Of a stretch of DNA of 64,000 nt, positions 1 through 11,084 are shown piece after piece (the first letter of the stretch is position 1; the number at the start of each line of letters is the position of its first letter). Position numbers and translations under genes: made by a program. Source of the DNA: Octopus vulgaris (lineage: Eukaryota); the NCBI GenBank assembly GCA_951406725.2, contig OX597826.1:76942001-77006000 (forward strand), in the 5' to 3' direction. The notes under the pieces are model-generated. The model saw only the letters and a list, made by a program, of their open reading frames with translations. It ran no database searches and had not been told where the DNA came from.

Positions 1-2234
1 TGCAATTCTAGCTTCCTGAATTATTATTGGTTTTTGTACAAATTGTAGAAATATCAGTTATTTAGGAATCGCTTTAGCTCGGTTGACAGGCATAAATTCT
101 CCCAATTTAAATGAATAAACAATGGCGTTTATTCATTTAGAAAGATAAGTTCTAACAGCAAAAACAATTATAATAATTATCACAACATGATGACACACGA
201 AGATGAATGGAAAATTATACTGAATATACATTCAAACAGACGGATAGCTTTTTATGAATTGAATATCGATAAAATTTATGATTAATTTTTGTTGCACAAA
301 TGGCAATGGGAACAAACTCACCATACGTTTTCAGGGTGTGATTCTTTTATAAAATGAAGAATTCTTCCTTTGTCAACTTAAAATTTATAATTATCAAAGT
401 AGTAGCACAGGAACAACCCAGGCGATCCTCTAAAAGTTTCTCCATGCTTATAATTTTCAGTGTATGAGAAAAGGGAACATTTGACTTACGGCGTAGAATT
501 TTATCATTTTTATTGTCAAAATAAAAAAAAGACTTTTGATTTTTCACAATGGTTCTCAAGGAAGCATTGTGAAAAATCAAAAAGGAAGCATTTTCGTTTC
601 TCTACTTCTGTTCGACAATATGGTAAATATTTCGTGTCATGATAACACAAGAATCTTCAGAAAATGCTACGAGTCTGTCACCTTAAGGTTGCAACAACAG
701 CTTCATCAGTAACATTTGTTTCAAAAGTATAAAGCGAATTATCATTCAAAACGGCAACTGCTGTGTTTCCAATATTTTTAAACAGAATTCATACATTTTA
801 CAAAATCCACAAATAGAAGCAAACTTTTACTTCTTATCTCTCTAATATTTGAACACTAAATAGAAATGCTATGAGGTGCAAATCGCGAAGAATTCCCTGC
901 TATTTTGAGGCATAAATAATTCTTTATGAGGTCGAAAGCGTTCTGGATTAGGGTGTAATACTCCATTAGGCTAACTAAGAAGTTTATTGCTGTTAGATTA
1001 TGTTGGCATTTATTTTTGTTTAAGCCCAGATTAATAAGTTGGAAAGCTTTATAGGTCACTAAAAACTCTGAATTTCTTTAACTTTATTATCATTGAAATA
1101 AGATACATTAACATTACTTTCATTCATAAATTCGTTGGACACTCACTGACACACCGACACACTATTTGCAATGTTCATAGACACACGTGTAATGTAATAG
1201 AGGCCCTCAACTTTTTATGATCTCTCAGTTATTACACAAAACTGATAACGAGCGTAACATGGATCAATTTTGTTATAATGTATTTGCATAGAAGGGAACA
1301 TTTTTAGGTGGGGCGGATGAATTAATGACAAAAATTCATTACAAACTTTTAATTAGCCGAATTGATTGACCGACTAAAGCATGCCGTGGCTTTCTATGAA
1401 GCATTCTGCTAAAGCTTTTGAGATTTCTGACTCTTTAAAATTTTCACCTTCTACAGGAATCGGTGAAGTTTAACAGCAATAGATTGAGTGAGATTTTGGT
1501 AAGATTTAGCAGGTTCCCTCGGCAAATCTAGTTCGATAACAACAACATTAACAAGAAGTTTTTGATATCTGATAAATAACTAAATTTTTAGGTAATTTCA
1601 AAACGGCTACACCGAGAGCAGGTCTTTGGGCCGCTACAGAAATATATTCATATGGAAGAATATACCATAAACTATCTCCAGTCTTTTTACACATTGGCAA
1701 AAGAACCCTTTTAGCTGGACATGAGGTGCAGCGTGAATCTTCGAGTGACCTCAGAAAAAGTTGGGTCAAGATTTAAGGTTTACTGCCATTCCCCAAAATT
1801 AATATGTAAATTTCCATCATCAGCATCAGACAGTCTCACATAAATAACACAGTTTAATAAGATTCAGGATTAGATTGAGTTTATTAGAAAGAGCAAACTC
1901 TTTGCATGTTGTTAGGCGCTGTTAAGACTTATTCTGTAATAATTTGGTCTTTCTCCCTTCGTTATCGTTTTCCTACATTTGCAACCAGCAATCAACGACA
2001 GATATGTTTTCAGTGTCCCATTATCATAACCAAATGTTCCGTTGTTAAAAGAAGTCTTCAAAAATCACAACTCGAAGTAAATAAAGACAGAGAATATATA
2101 CCATCGAGAAGCGATCCCCTAACACACAGCTTTGAATAATTATCAGACTAATTCAAATGACAATAGTGAGAGAATTGTTCTCAGTAGTCTTCTCTGTATC
2201 GTTCCGGTTTCAGTAAATATATATATATATATGT

Positions 2235-2438
2235 GTGTGACCTCGTCTGTATCACTAGCGATTTTGTTTTCCTCTATCCCCCCTTCTCGGGATCTTTCCT
2301 TCTCCTATGTTTCCGACCAAGAGCTCCGCTCGAAACGTTAAACCCTCCGTCTTCCCTTCTTTCCTGAGCGTCCAATAATACTTTATTTGTTCCACGTCCT
2401 TGCGTTGTTGTCTTTTTGTTTTCTTGTTTGGATTAACT
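2235..2438 (+). mobile_element. Penelope-type pseudo-LTR remnant with degenerate minimal hammerhead motif (2309-2343)
   Basis: gttt-CCGACCA-a-gagc/tcc/gctc-GAAAC-GTT-aaac gives helix I gttt/aaac and helix II gagc/gctc. The core differs from CUGANGA at two positions. The element ends in (TA)n. Confidence 0.55.
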
Positions 2439-3037
2439 ATATATATATATATGTATATATAGTTGAAATTTATAGAAAAACAAAAAACCATGTCAGGTGT
2501 ATGAACAACAAGCGTGTGTGTGTGTGTGAGAGAGAGAGAGAGTGAGTGTGTGTACGGTGTGTGTGCGTATATGTGTGTGTAATGCTTCAGTTGTTCATTG
2601 CTAATCAGGCCACTGCACATATTTTTGAAAGCTTTTTAAACTTACAACTTGTTTAGGAGGACTCACTGTTGACCATTCATGTAAATTTCCACCCACAACA
2701 CCACCACTGAAAACCTGCTGACTTGGTCCGATAAATCTTGGCGTCGATGACGTTCCAGGAACAAGGACGCAAAGAATGGAAGCGGAAAAGCAATTCGGAA
2801 AAGCCGAATCAGGTATGACCATACAACAAATTCCGCTAAGCCACCGCTGCCAAGGGATGTTACTTTCTTATTTCATTTTTGCCGAACTTGAAAGGATGAA
2901 GAGCAGAGATGACGGTCGGTAGGATTTGAACCCAAACTGCCGGTAATCGGAATAAAACATTGCAAGGTATTCTAAACAAACTTACCGCCTTATACACTCA
3001 AATATACACTCACACACACACGTGTGTATGTATATCA

Positions 3038-3241
3038 TTTCTGATGTAGGCACAAGGCCTGAGATTTTTGGAGAGGCGTAAAGTCGAACCCAGTACTCCA
3101 TTGGTACTTTATTTATCGACCCCTGAAACGATGAAAAGCAAAGTCGACCTCTGCGGAATTTGAACTCAGAACATAAAGACGGACGTAACACCGTTAAGCA
3201 TTTTTCCCAGTGTGCTAACGATTCTGCCAGCTCGCCGCCTT
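3038..3241 (-). mobile_element. tRNA-derived SINE family A (tail type 2)
   Basis: Reverse complement reads aaggcggcgagctggcagaa...ctgagttcaaattccgc (A/B boxes), then a gactttgcttttcatc body and a ggccttgtgcct tail. Confidence 0.85.
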
Positions 3242-3342
3242 TATGTGGGTATGTATATAAGAAGGAATGTGCATGTGTTTATTTTGAATATATACTACTT
3301 ACGTGACTATTTTGTACATATGCATGTATATATCTGTTTGGA

Positions 3343-3573
3343 TGGCGGTGAGCTGGCAGAAACGTTAGTACGCCGGGCGAAATGCGTAGTCGTATTTCGT
3401 CTGCCGTTACGTTCTGAGTTCAAATTCCGCCGAGGTCGACTTTGCCTTTCATACTTTCGGGGTCGATTAAATAAGTACCAGTTACGCACTGGGGTCGATA
3501 TAATCGACTTAATACGTTTGTCTATCCTTGTTTGTCCCCTCTGTGTTTAGCCCCTTGTGGGTAGTAAAGAAAT
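3343..3573 (+). mobile_element. tRNA-derived SINE family A (tail type 1), full length
   Basis: ggcggtgagctggcagaaacgttag (A box), gagttcaaattcc (B box), body gactttgcctttcatactttcggggtcgat, tail tttagccccttgtgggtagtaaagaaat. Near-identical to copies at 36581, 41417 and 62011. Confidence 0.92.
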
Positions 3574-3752
3574 ATATATATGTGTTTGGATTGGATTGGA
3601 TTGGAACAAAGACCTCTGCATGCTCTCTCCATCAACCAGTCTAATTTGGAGGCCGCGGGTTTTGAGCTTGAAATCATAACGGTTGGATGAGCCCACTTTG
3701 CCACACTGGCTCGATATGGATCGGCAGAAGAGAAGATGCAGTTTTTATACTC

Positions 3753-3913
3753 GGTTACATCGACCCCCAATGCTCAACTGCTACTTATTTTATCGACCCC
3801 GAAAGGATGAAAGATAAAGTCAGCCTCGGCGGAATTTGAACTCAGAACTTACAGACAGACGAAATGCAGCTAAGGATTTCGCTCGGAGTGCTATCGACTC
3901 TGCTATCTCGCCA
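3753..3913 (-). mobile_element. SINE family A, diverged copy
   Basis: atcgaccccgaaaggatgaaag...ggcggaatttgaactcagaac is the reverse complement of the family A body and B box. Confidence 0.8.
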
Positions 3914-4474
3914 TCATATATGCGATTCCGTACATAAAGTTTGTAAGAGATTTTTATCATTAAAAAATACATCAAAGGATGAAATATGCAAGAGGAAGAA
4001 TAAACAAATAAAAAAAAGCATAAAACTAGTTTTCAATGAAGTGAATAAATTATTTACAAAGTTTCAATCGAGACTAACTTTCTCAATTACTCTCGAGTCA
4101 TTAAATTCTAAATTAAAAAGAAAGTGTTTAGCAACTGCCAATGGTAAACCGTGGCACTCAAGAGAAATAACCTATGGTATATACAATTAATAATCGAAGA
4201 GCAACACTGAATAAATTAACAGCAACATATTTTTAATTATTCTGTTGAATCCTAGAATCTCCAATTGCATGGTGTATTGCGTGTTACATACAGTTTTCGG
4301 AAATTTGTATTTACATCTGGAAAACAGTATACCCGTCTAGATTTCACGCCCCTGATGCAAAATTATGTAATATCTAAATATCTATTTTCTATTTCCTTTC
4401 TAGCGTTCTATCACTCTCTCTAACTTTCTATGTGTGGTTGTGCATACAGATATAGACGCACACACAAACATACA

Positions 4475-4517
<43 letters not shown>

Positions 4518-4627
4518 TTAACTTTTTAAAATATTTTTAATAAGGTTCGTTTTTTCAAGAAGAACCGAAACATGTAAAATATCTATGAAAATTAAAATTT
4601 ATCTTATATAGTGGTGTTTTCAAACTT

Positions 4628-4678
<51 letters not shown>

Positions 4679-4988
4679 CAAATTTACAGAAAACAGAAGG
4701 CAAAATCAGGTGAGAGAACAAGGGAAGAGCAAGGGAAGGAGGCAAGTTGCGTGCCAAGAGTGGGAAGAGACTACAGACTTGGGGTCCCGCACATTATGGG
4801 CGCGTTTGAAGGAGAGAAGGGGTGGGTTGCGGGAGATGTAGGAGTTGGAGGGGTCAGACTGGACTCGACGGAAAGCTCGGAGAATGGTACGTTGGAGAGG
4901 TGGAATGGAAGGTGGTAGGTGCGGAGAAAAGGGAGACGGGTTTGGAATGAGCGCAGAGTCAGGTCAACGGATCATGTGTGTGTTAAGG

Positions 4989-5150
4989 TGATTACACCAA
5001 CCCCAGTACTTAACTGGTACCTGTTTTGTCGACGTCGAAAGGATGAAAGGCAACATCGACCTCGGCGGATTTTGAACTCAGAACGCAAAGGCCGACAAAA
5101 TGCTGCCAAGCATTTTTTCAGGCATGTTAACGATTCTGCCAGCTCCCCGC
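4989..5150 (-). mobile_element. SINE family A, diverged copy
   Basis: gaaaggatgaaaggcaacatcgacctcggcggattttgaactcagaac...gattctgccagctc matches family A in reverse. Confidence 0.8.
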
Positions 5151-5356
5151 AATGGTCTAATAATAGCATGCGCCATGACACTCAAAGCTCCCACTGAGTC
5201 AAAAACCAAATTACTAAAAAGTATTCTATATTGCTTAATGACAGAATCGTTAGAGAGTCGGACGAATGTTGAACGCAAGCGAGGTTTGACTGTTCAAGTT
5301 CTGAGTCCGAATATCCCCATCAACTTTTCCTTTCATGTTTCTCGCGTCAATAAAAT

Positions 5357-6273
5357 AAAGGGGAGGGTGGGCCAAAATGAGGTGTTTTTATTAAATTTTT
5401 GCCTGAGACGAAATATATTTTTTTGCAAACGTTCTTTATCTTATAACAAAAATTATATCACCTAAGCATATGGTCTTCCCGAAATGCATTAAGAGCATTA
5501 TAAGAACTTCATCACTATTTCAAGAAATTATCACTGTTTTCTTTGATCATATGAAAGACAAATTTCATCGGGAAAATGTATAAAACAAGATGATGGTAAT
5601 TTTCCCGCTTCAATTCAGCAGAAAACAAACTCATATACATTAATATCCATCCTTAGACATCAGAAAGATGAGAAATGCAAATTGAAATTTCAAATATCTA
5701 AGTCAAATCAAAGAGGATCAAGGAAAAATGGCACATGTTATGAAATTAACGAAACTCGACTAGATAAAGAAAAATCTCAACATAAGATATTCTTTATAGC
5801 TTCTTTACAATCAGCTTGAGTGTTTCCTTTGTGATATCATCACACACCGTGCAGTTAAAAGGAAGACATTTTTCAAATTAGTCCTTGCACCTTTTACCTC
5901 ATTTTAGACACTTTTTGAAACTTTAAATTTATCAAATTAGGTGGGGAAAAACAATTGCCTTGGAATCCAACGGGGAAAATATTGATAATTAAAGAATAAA
6001 AATTATCCAGATATTATATTAGCAGCCTCAACTACAATAGAGTCAGAATTAAGGAAAAAGTTCTTGAAAAAAATAGGGCCTGCCACCTGACTATGTTTCT
6101 GACTCCTTCAACTTCAAGAATTGTGCTGACCAATTTTTTACTCGTAAATATAATGTAGCAATACAAAATGATACAATACTTGCAATGTAATGATTTCACA
6201 CAAGGAGTGAGGGAATGAGAAATCAGAAGTTACTCACTTTGCCCCGGTTACTAATTTTGCCATCCCCTCCTTT
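5357..6273. mobile_element. Possible decayed TIR DNA transposon
   Basis: Imperfect ~23-bp inverted ends aaaggggagggtgggccaaaatgag / ctaattttgccatcccctccttt, with a subterminal repeat (ttactcactttgcc, ttactaattttgcc). No intact transposase seen. Confidence 0.25.
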
Positions 6274-7231
6274 CCCCCATTAATAAACGCCTGGGGTAAA
6301 TTTTAATCTACTAAACCTTCTCCAAAAAATATGCAGTTTTGTGTCAGATTTAGAAATGGATGATTGATCCCAATTATATTTCCGTATCAAGATGTCGTTC
6401 CTCAGAGTATTTCATAATTTTTTTCGAATCGAAGAAAAATGAGACGAACAATTAAGTTTTCATTTGGAAAATATTTATTATAATAAAAAAGGATTCCAAA
6501 GAGAAAAGGTTATAGTTGAAAGTGGGCCTGTTTTATACTGTGGAAAAAAAATTGAAAAACATTTAAAATTTGAGGTCAAATATCAACTTACAACAAACTT
6601 AAGTTCAATGAAAACGAATTTTATTTCTGAAATATCAGCGAAACTCAGCTGCTTTATGATTCTAAAAAGCAAAACGTCTTTAGGTTGGGAATTGTTCTTT
6701 TCTAAATAACACATCCAGTTTACTCGAAGAGATGTTTTCACCGTCTCTTTATTGTGTTATGACTTGGAAGTATCTTCTATGGAAATATGTATTTTCTTGT
6801 ACAGGATTTCTTTTTCGGTCTTTTTTTTAAAATTACTTTTCATGAGTTGTCTTCTGTTATCTAAAGACCAAATTATCCATATCTATGCACTTGTTTTGAT
6901 GTCTGGAAACAAAGAAGATAAGAATGATAGCAATCTTCAATATGTGTGTATAAAACAGATATGAACAAAGTATATTCAAAAGTTACAAGTTGAGTAATTA
7001 TGACTAACAGCAAATTACAAAGTAATAGCAAATCTACAGGTTTATACAAGTGAACAGTTGAGCGTCAAAAATGTTAGGAGGTCAATAGAAATTCAGAAAA
7101 GAAAATTTTCTATGAAACAGTTTGGATTATGTTCAATTTTCTTTGAAAACGAAGGAAATTGCGCAGTCTACACATGTGGATAAGATATACAGGATCAAGT
7201 TTAACTTGAATAATATAGGATGTTGTGTTTA

Positions 7232-7329
7232 TTCTTTTCTACTCTAGGAACAAGGCTCGAAATCTTGGGGAAAGGGGAGCAGTCGATTAGATCGACCCCA
7301 GTACGCAACTGGTACAGTATTTGTCGACC
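7232..7329 (-). mobile_element. SINE family A 3' fragment abutting the minisatellite
   Basis: ttctactctaggaacaaggc...gtcgattagatcgaccccagtacgcaactggtac is the reverse complement of the type 2 tail. Confidence 0.75.
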
Positions 7330-7339
7330 TGGTACGTAA

Positions 7340-9362
7340 TTTGTATGCATGTGCTCTTATGCGAGTGTATGTATGTGTTCTTGTGAGAGAGTATGTATGT
7401 GTTCTTGTGCGAGTCTATGTATGTGTTCTTTTCTAAATGAATGCATATGCTCTTGTGAGAGTATTGTGTTCTTGTGAGAGAGTATTGTGCGTACTTGTGT
7501 GAGTGTACGCATGTATTCTTGTCTGAGTGAATGCATGTGTTCTTGTGAGAGAGTATGTATGGGTTATTGTGTGAGTGTATGCATGTCTCTTTGTGTGAGT
7601 GTAAGTATGTGTTCATGTGTGAGTGTATGCATGTGTTCTTGTGTGAGTGTATGCATGTGTTCGTGTGTGAGTGTATGCATGTCTCTTTGTGTGAGTGTAA
7701 GTATGTGTTCATGTGTGAGTGTATGCATGTGTTCATGTGTGAGTGTATGCATGTGTTCTTGTGTGAGTGTATGCATGTGTTCGTGTGTGAGTGTATGCAT
7801 GTCTCTTTGTGTGAGTGTAAGTATATGTTCATGTGTGAGTGTATGCATGTGTTCGTGTGTGAGTGTATGCATGTGTTCGTGTGTGAGTGTATGCATGTGT
7901 TCTTGTGTGAGTGTATGCATGTGTTCGTGTGTGAGTGTATGCATGTGTTCTTGTGTGAGTGTATGCATGTGTTCATGTGTGAGTGTATGCATGTGTTCTT
8001 GTGTGAGTGTATGCATGTGTTCGTGTGTGAGTGTATGCATGTCTCTTTGTGTGAGTGTAAGTATGTGTTCATGTGTGAGTGTATGCATGTGTTCATGTGT
8101 GAGTGTATGCATGTGTTCTTGTGTGAGTGTATGCATGTGTTCGTGTGTGAGTGTATGCATGTCTCTTTGTGTGAGTGTAAGTATATGTTCATGTGTGAGT
8201 GTATGCATGTGTTCGTGTGTGAGTGTATGCATGTGTTCGTGTGTGAGTGTATGCATGTGTTCTTGTGTGAGTGTATGCATGTGTTCATGTGTGAGTGTAT
8301 GCATGTGTTCTTGTGTGAGTGTATGCATGTGTTCATGTGTGAGTGTATGCATGTGTTCATGTGTGAGTGTATGCATGTGTTCGTGTGTGAGTGTATGCAT
8401 GTGTTCGTGTGTGAGTGTATGCATGTGTTCGTGTGTGAGTGTATGCATGTCTTTTTGTGTGAGTGTATGCATGTGTTCATGTGTGAGTGTATGCATGTGT
8501 TCTTGTGTGAGTGTATGCATGTGTTCGTGTGTGAGTGTATGCATGTGTTCATGTGTGAGTGTATGCATGTGTTCGTGTGTGAGTGTATGCATGTGTTCGT
8601 GTGTGAGTGTATGCATGTGTTCTTGTGTGAGTGTATGCATGTGTTCATGTGTGAGTGTATGCATGTGTTCTTGTGTGAGTGTATGCATGTGTTCATGTGT
8701 GAGTGTATGCATGTGTTCATGTGTGAGTGTATGCATGTGTTCGTGTGTGAGTGTATGCATGTGTTCGTGTGTGAGTGTATGCATGTGTTCGTGTGTGAGT
8801 GTATGCATGTGTTCGTGTGTGAGTGTATGCATGTGTTCGTGCGTGAGTGTATGCATGTCTCTTTGTGTGAGTGTAAGTATGTGTTCGTGTGTGAGTGTAT
8901 GCATGTGTTCGTGTGTGAGTGTATGCATGTCTTTTTGTGTGAGTGTAAGTATGTGTTCATGTGTGAGTGTATGCATGTGTTCGTGTGTGAGTGTATGCAT
9001 GTGTTCTTGTGTGAGTGTATGCATGTGTTCGTGTGTGAGTGTATGCATGTGTTCTTGTGTGAGTGTATGCATGTGTTCGTGTGTGAGTGTATGCATGTGT
9101 TCTTGTGTGAGTGTATGCATGTGTTCGTGTGTGAGTGTATGCATGTGTTCTTGTGTGAGTGTATGCATGTGTTCGTGTGTGAGTGTATGCATGTGTTCTT
9201 GTGTGAGTATATGCATGTATTCGCGTGCGAGTGTATGTATGTGTTCTTCTCTAAGTCAATGTATGTGTTCTTGTGTGAAGATATGCATGTGTTTTTGTGT
9301 GAGTGTATGTATGTGTTCTTGTGTGAGTGTAATTATGTGTTCTTGTGTGAGCGTATGCATGC
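7340..9362. repeat. 24-bp minisatellite (gtgtgagtgtatgcatgtgttcNt), roughly 80 units, homogeneous core ~7570-9210
   Basis: Tandem 24-mers are directly visible, with variable position N=a/g/t, recurrent variant units (gtctctttgt; gagtgtaagta) and degenerate flanks. Confidence 0.97.
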
Positions 9363-9744
9363 AAGCCAAATCCAAAAACGAAATATATACACACACACAG
9401 GATCGAGCAGCTGATAAATGAAAGAGTTACATATATTAATATTTAATAACAGTATAATTCAGCTCCATGCAACATAGGTTCGAAGGCTTGTATGTGTATC
9501 GATACATGTAACTCTTTCTCATTTAGATTTAATTTTGACGGCCACCTGTTTGGTAGCGAGGCTTGGAAAGAAAGCATCCTGTTTTGTTCTTAAGGTCTAT
9601 TATGCTTGTATATCATATATAGCATATCATATCACACCATATTTTCAATACTTCTCTTTCACGGATTAACATGGTAGTATGAAGAGATATAGTTTTCATG
9701 AAACAAGAAATTATTCAATATAAATTTCATGACAATAGAGTTCC

Positions 9745-9937
9745 ATATTTAAGAGTTGAGGAATTATGTACATTATTTACATTATTTACAATTGATGGAT
9801 ATTTGTCCTCATCTTGTTCTTAACACAATGCTTCGGCTGATATACCCTCCAGCCTTCATCAGGTGCCTTAGGGAAATTTCGAAACTGGGTTCCCATTCCT
9901 AAGGTATTTTTCACTGTTATTGTTATTATTATTATTA

Positions 9938-9996
<59 letters not shown>

Positions 9997-10160
9997 AAAA
10001 TACTAATAACAACAATAACAGTGAAAAATACCTTAGGAATGAGAACCCAGTTTCGAAATTTCCCCCAAGACATCTGATGAAGGCTGGAGGGTATATCAGT
10101 CAAAACGTTGTGTTAACAACGAAGAAGACGAGGATAAATATCCGTCAGATGTAAATAATA
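9745..10160. mobile_element. Fold-back element: ~145-bp inverted arms around (ATT)n, each arm with a minimal hammerhead motif (Penelope pseudo-LTR-like)
   Basis: 9781-9925 is the reverse complement of 10007-10159. Right arm: gacat-CTGATGA-a-ggctg...cagtc-AAAAC-GTT-gtgtt (10069-10114, +). Left arm on minus: ggcac-CTGATGA-a-ggctg...cagcc-GAAGC-ATT-gtgtt (9822-9867). Confidence 0.8.
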
Positions 10161-10507
10161 AATTTTACGGCATAACTATTTTCCGAATATCGATTAAATT
10201 CAAGAACTCACGCGTGTGGAATATTCCATTTTTGACACTCTTTTCTTCGGCAAATTCATGAGCGCGTTCTTGAATTGAGGAAACGTCATGTTCATGAACC
10301 CATGGTGCCACGTCTCTCAGAAATGTCACCAACACTACTGCCACCAGTATAAAAATAAATATAAAAACATATAAAATAGGTATTCAGAAAAAATGGGAAT
10401 CCATTTCTAATGGCTGTGATATTCATCAGAAAGTTTGAGATGCAATATCATCCCTACATGTTATTCTGGTTCTTGGATTGTGGCAAGTTTCGTAGTTTAG
10501 CGAGTTT

Positions 10508-10660
10508 AGAAGAAGAAGAAGAAGAAGAAGAAGAAGAAGAAGAAGAAGAAGAAGAAGAAGGAGGAGGAGGAGGAGGAGGAGGGGGAGAAGAAGAAGAAGA
10601 AGAAGAAGAAGAACAAGAACAACAACAACAACAACAATAACAACAACAGCTACAACCACA
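10508..10660. repeat. Compound trinucleotide microsatellite (GAA)n(GGA)n(GAA)n(CAA)n
   Basis: Directly visible. Confidence 0.95.
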
Positions 10661-11084
10661 AAAATGCGGGAGTGCCATGATAGTAGTATGTTAAATGGTC
10701 AAGTGCCCTGAAAGTGACTTGTTGTGGATGGTAGTAGTGATTGCATTCTTGAGACATCTATTTTGAATGTATTGTTTATAAAATTTGCGTAGGTGTTATT
10801 CTAATCAGCAATAGTGGTAAAGTTAGGAAGGAGATGGCGGAGAGGAAGAAAACGAAGAAGAAGAAGAAGGAGAAAGAGTAGGGAGAATAAGAAGGAATGT
10901 AGGTAATATGATAGTAGTAGGGTGTTAAATAGTTAGGTTACCTAAAAGTGACTCGTTATGGATTATAGCAGTGATTGGGACTGTTTTTTAATGGATTCTT
11001 GGGAATCTCTTGAGTGTATCATTTTTAATATTTGTGTGTGTGTTTGTGTTATTCTAAGGCCAAGGTGGATATGTCGTTTGTTGT

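Noticed and set aside
1-2150. Non-repetitive stretch that might be a decayed coding or transposon sequence
   Set aside because: No recognisable motif in the frames inspected and frequent stops; a blastx or Dfam search would be needed.
7340-9362. CRISPR-like regular repeat array
   Set aside because: The units are contiguous with no unique spacers, there are no cas genes, and the context is eukaryotic.
7287-9421. Four 550-644 aa Cys/His-rich ORFs (CECMHVF, HSHTNTCI repeats)
   Set aside because: They are translations of a 24-bp minisatellite that lacks stops in several frames on both strands, with no unique domains or splice context.
10410-10678. Poly-E/G/Q and poly-L/S/P ORFs (also 35824-36127, 37153-38017)
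   Set aside because: Trinucleotide microsatellites open in most frames, with no flanking coding signal.
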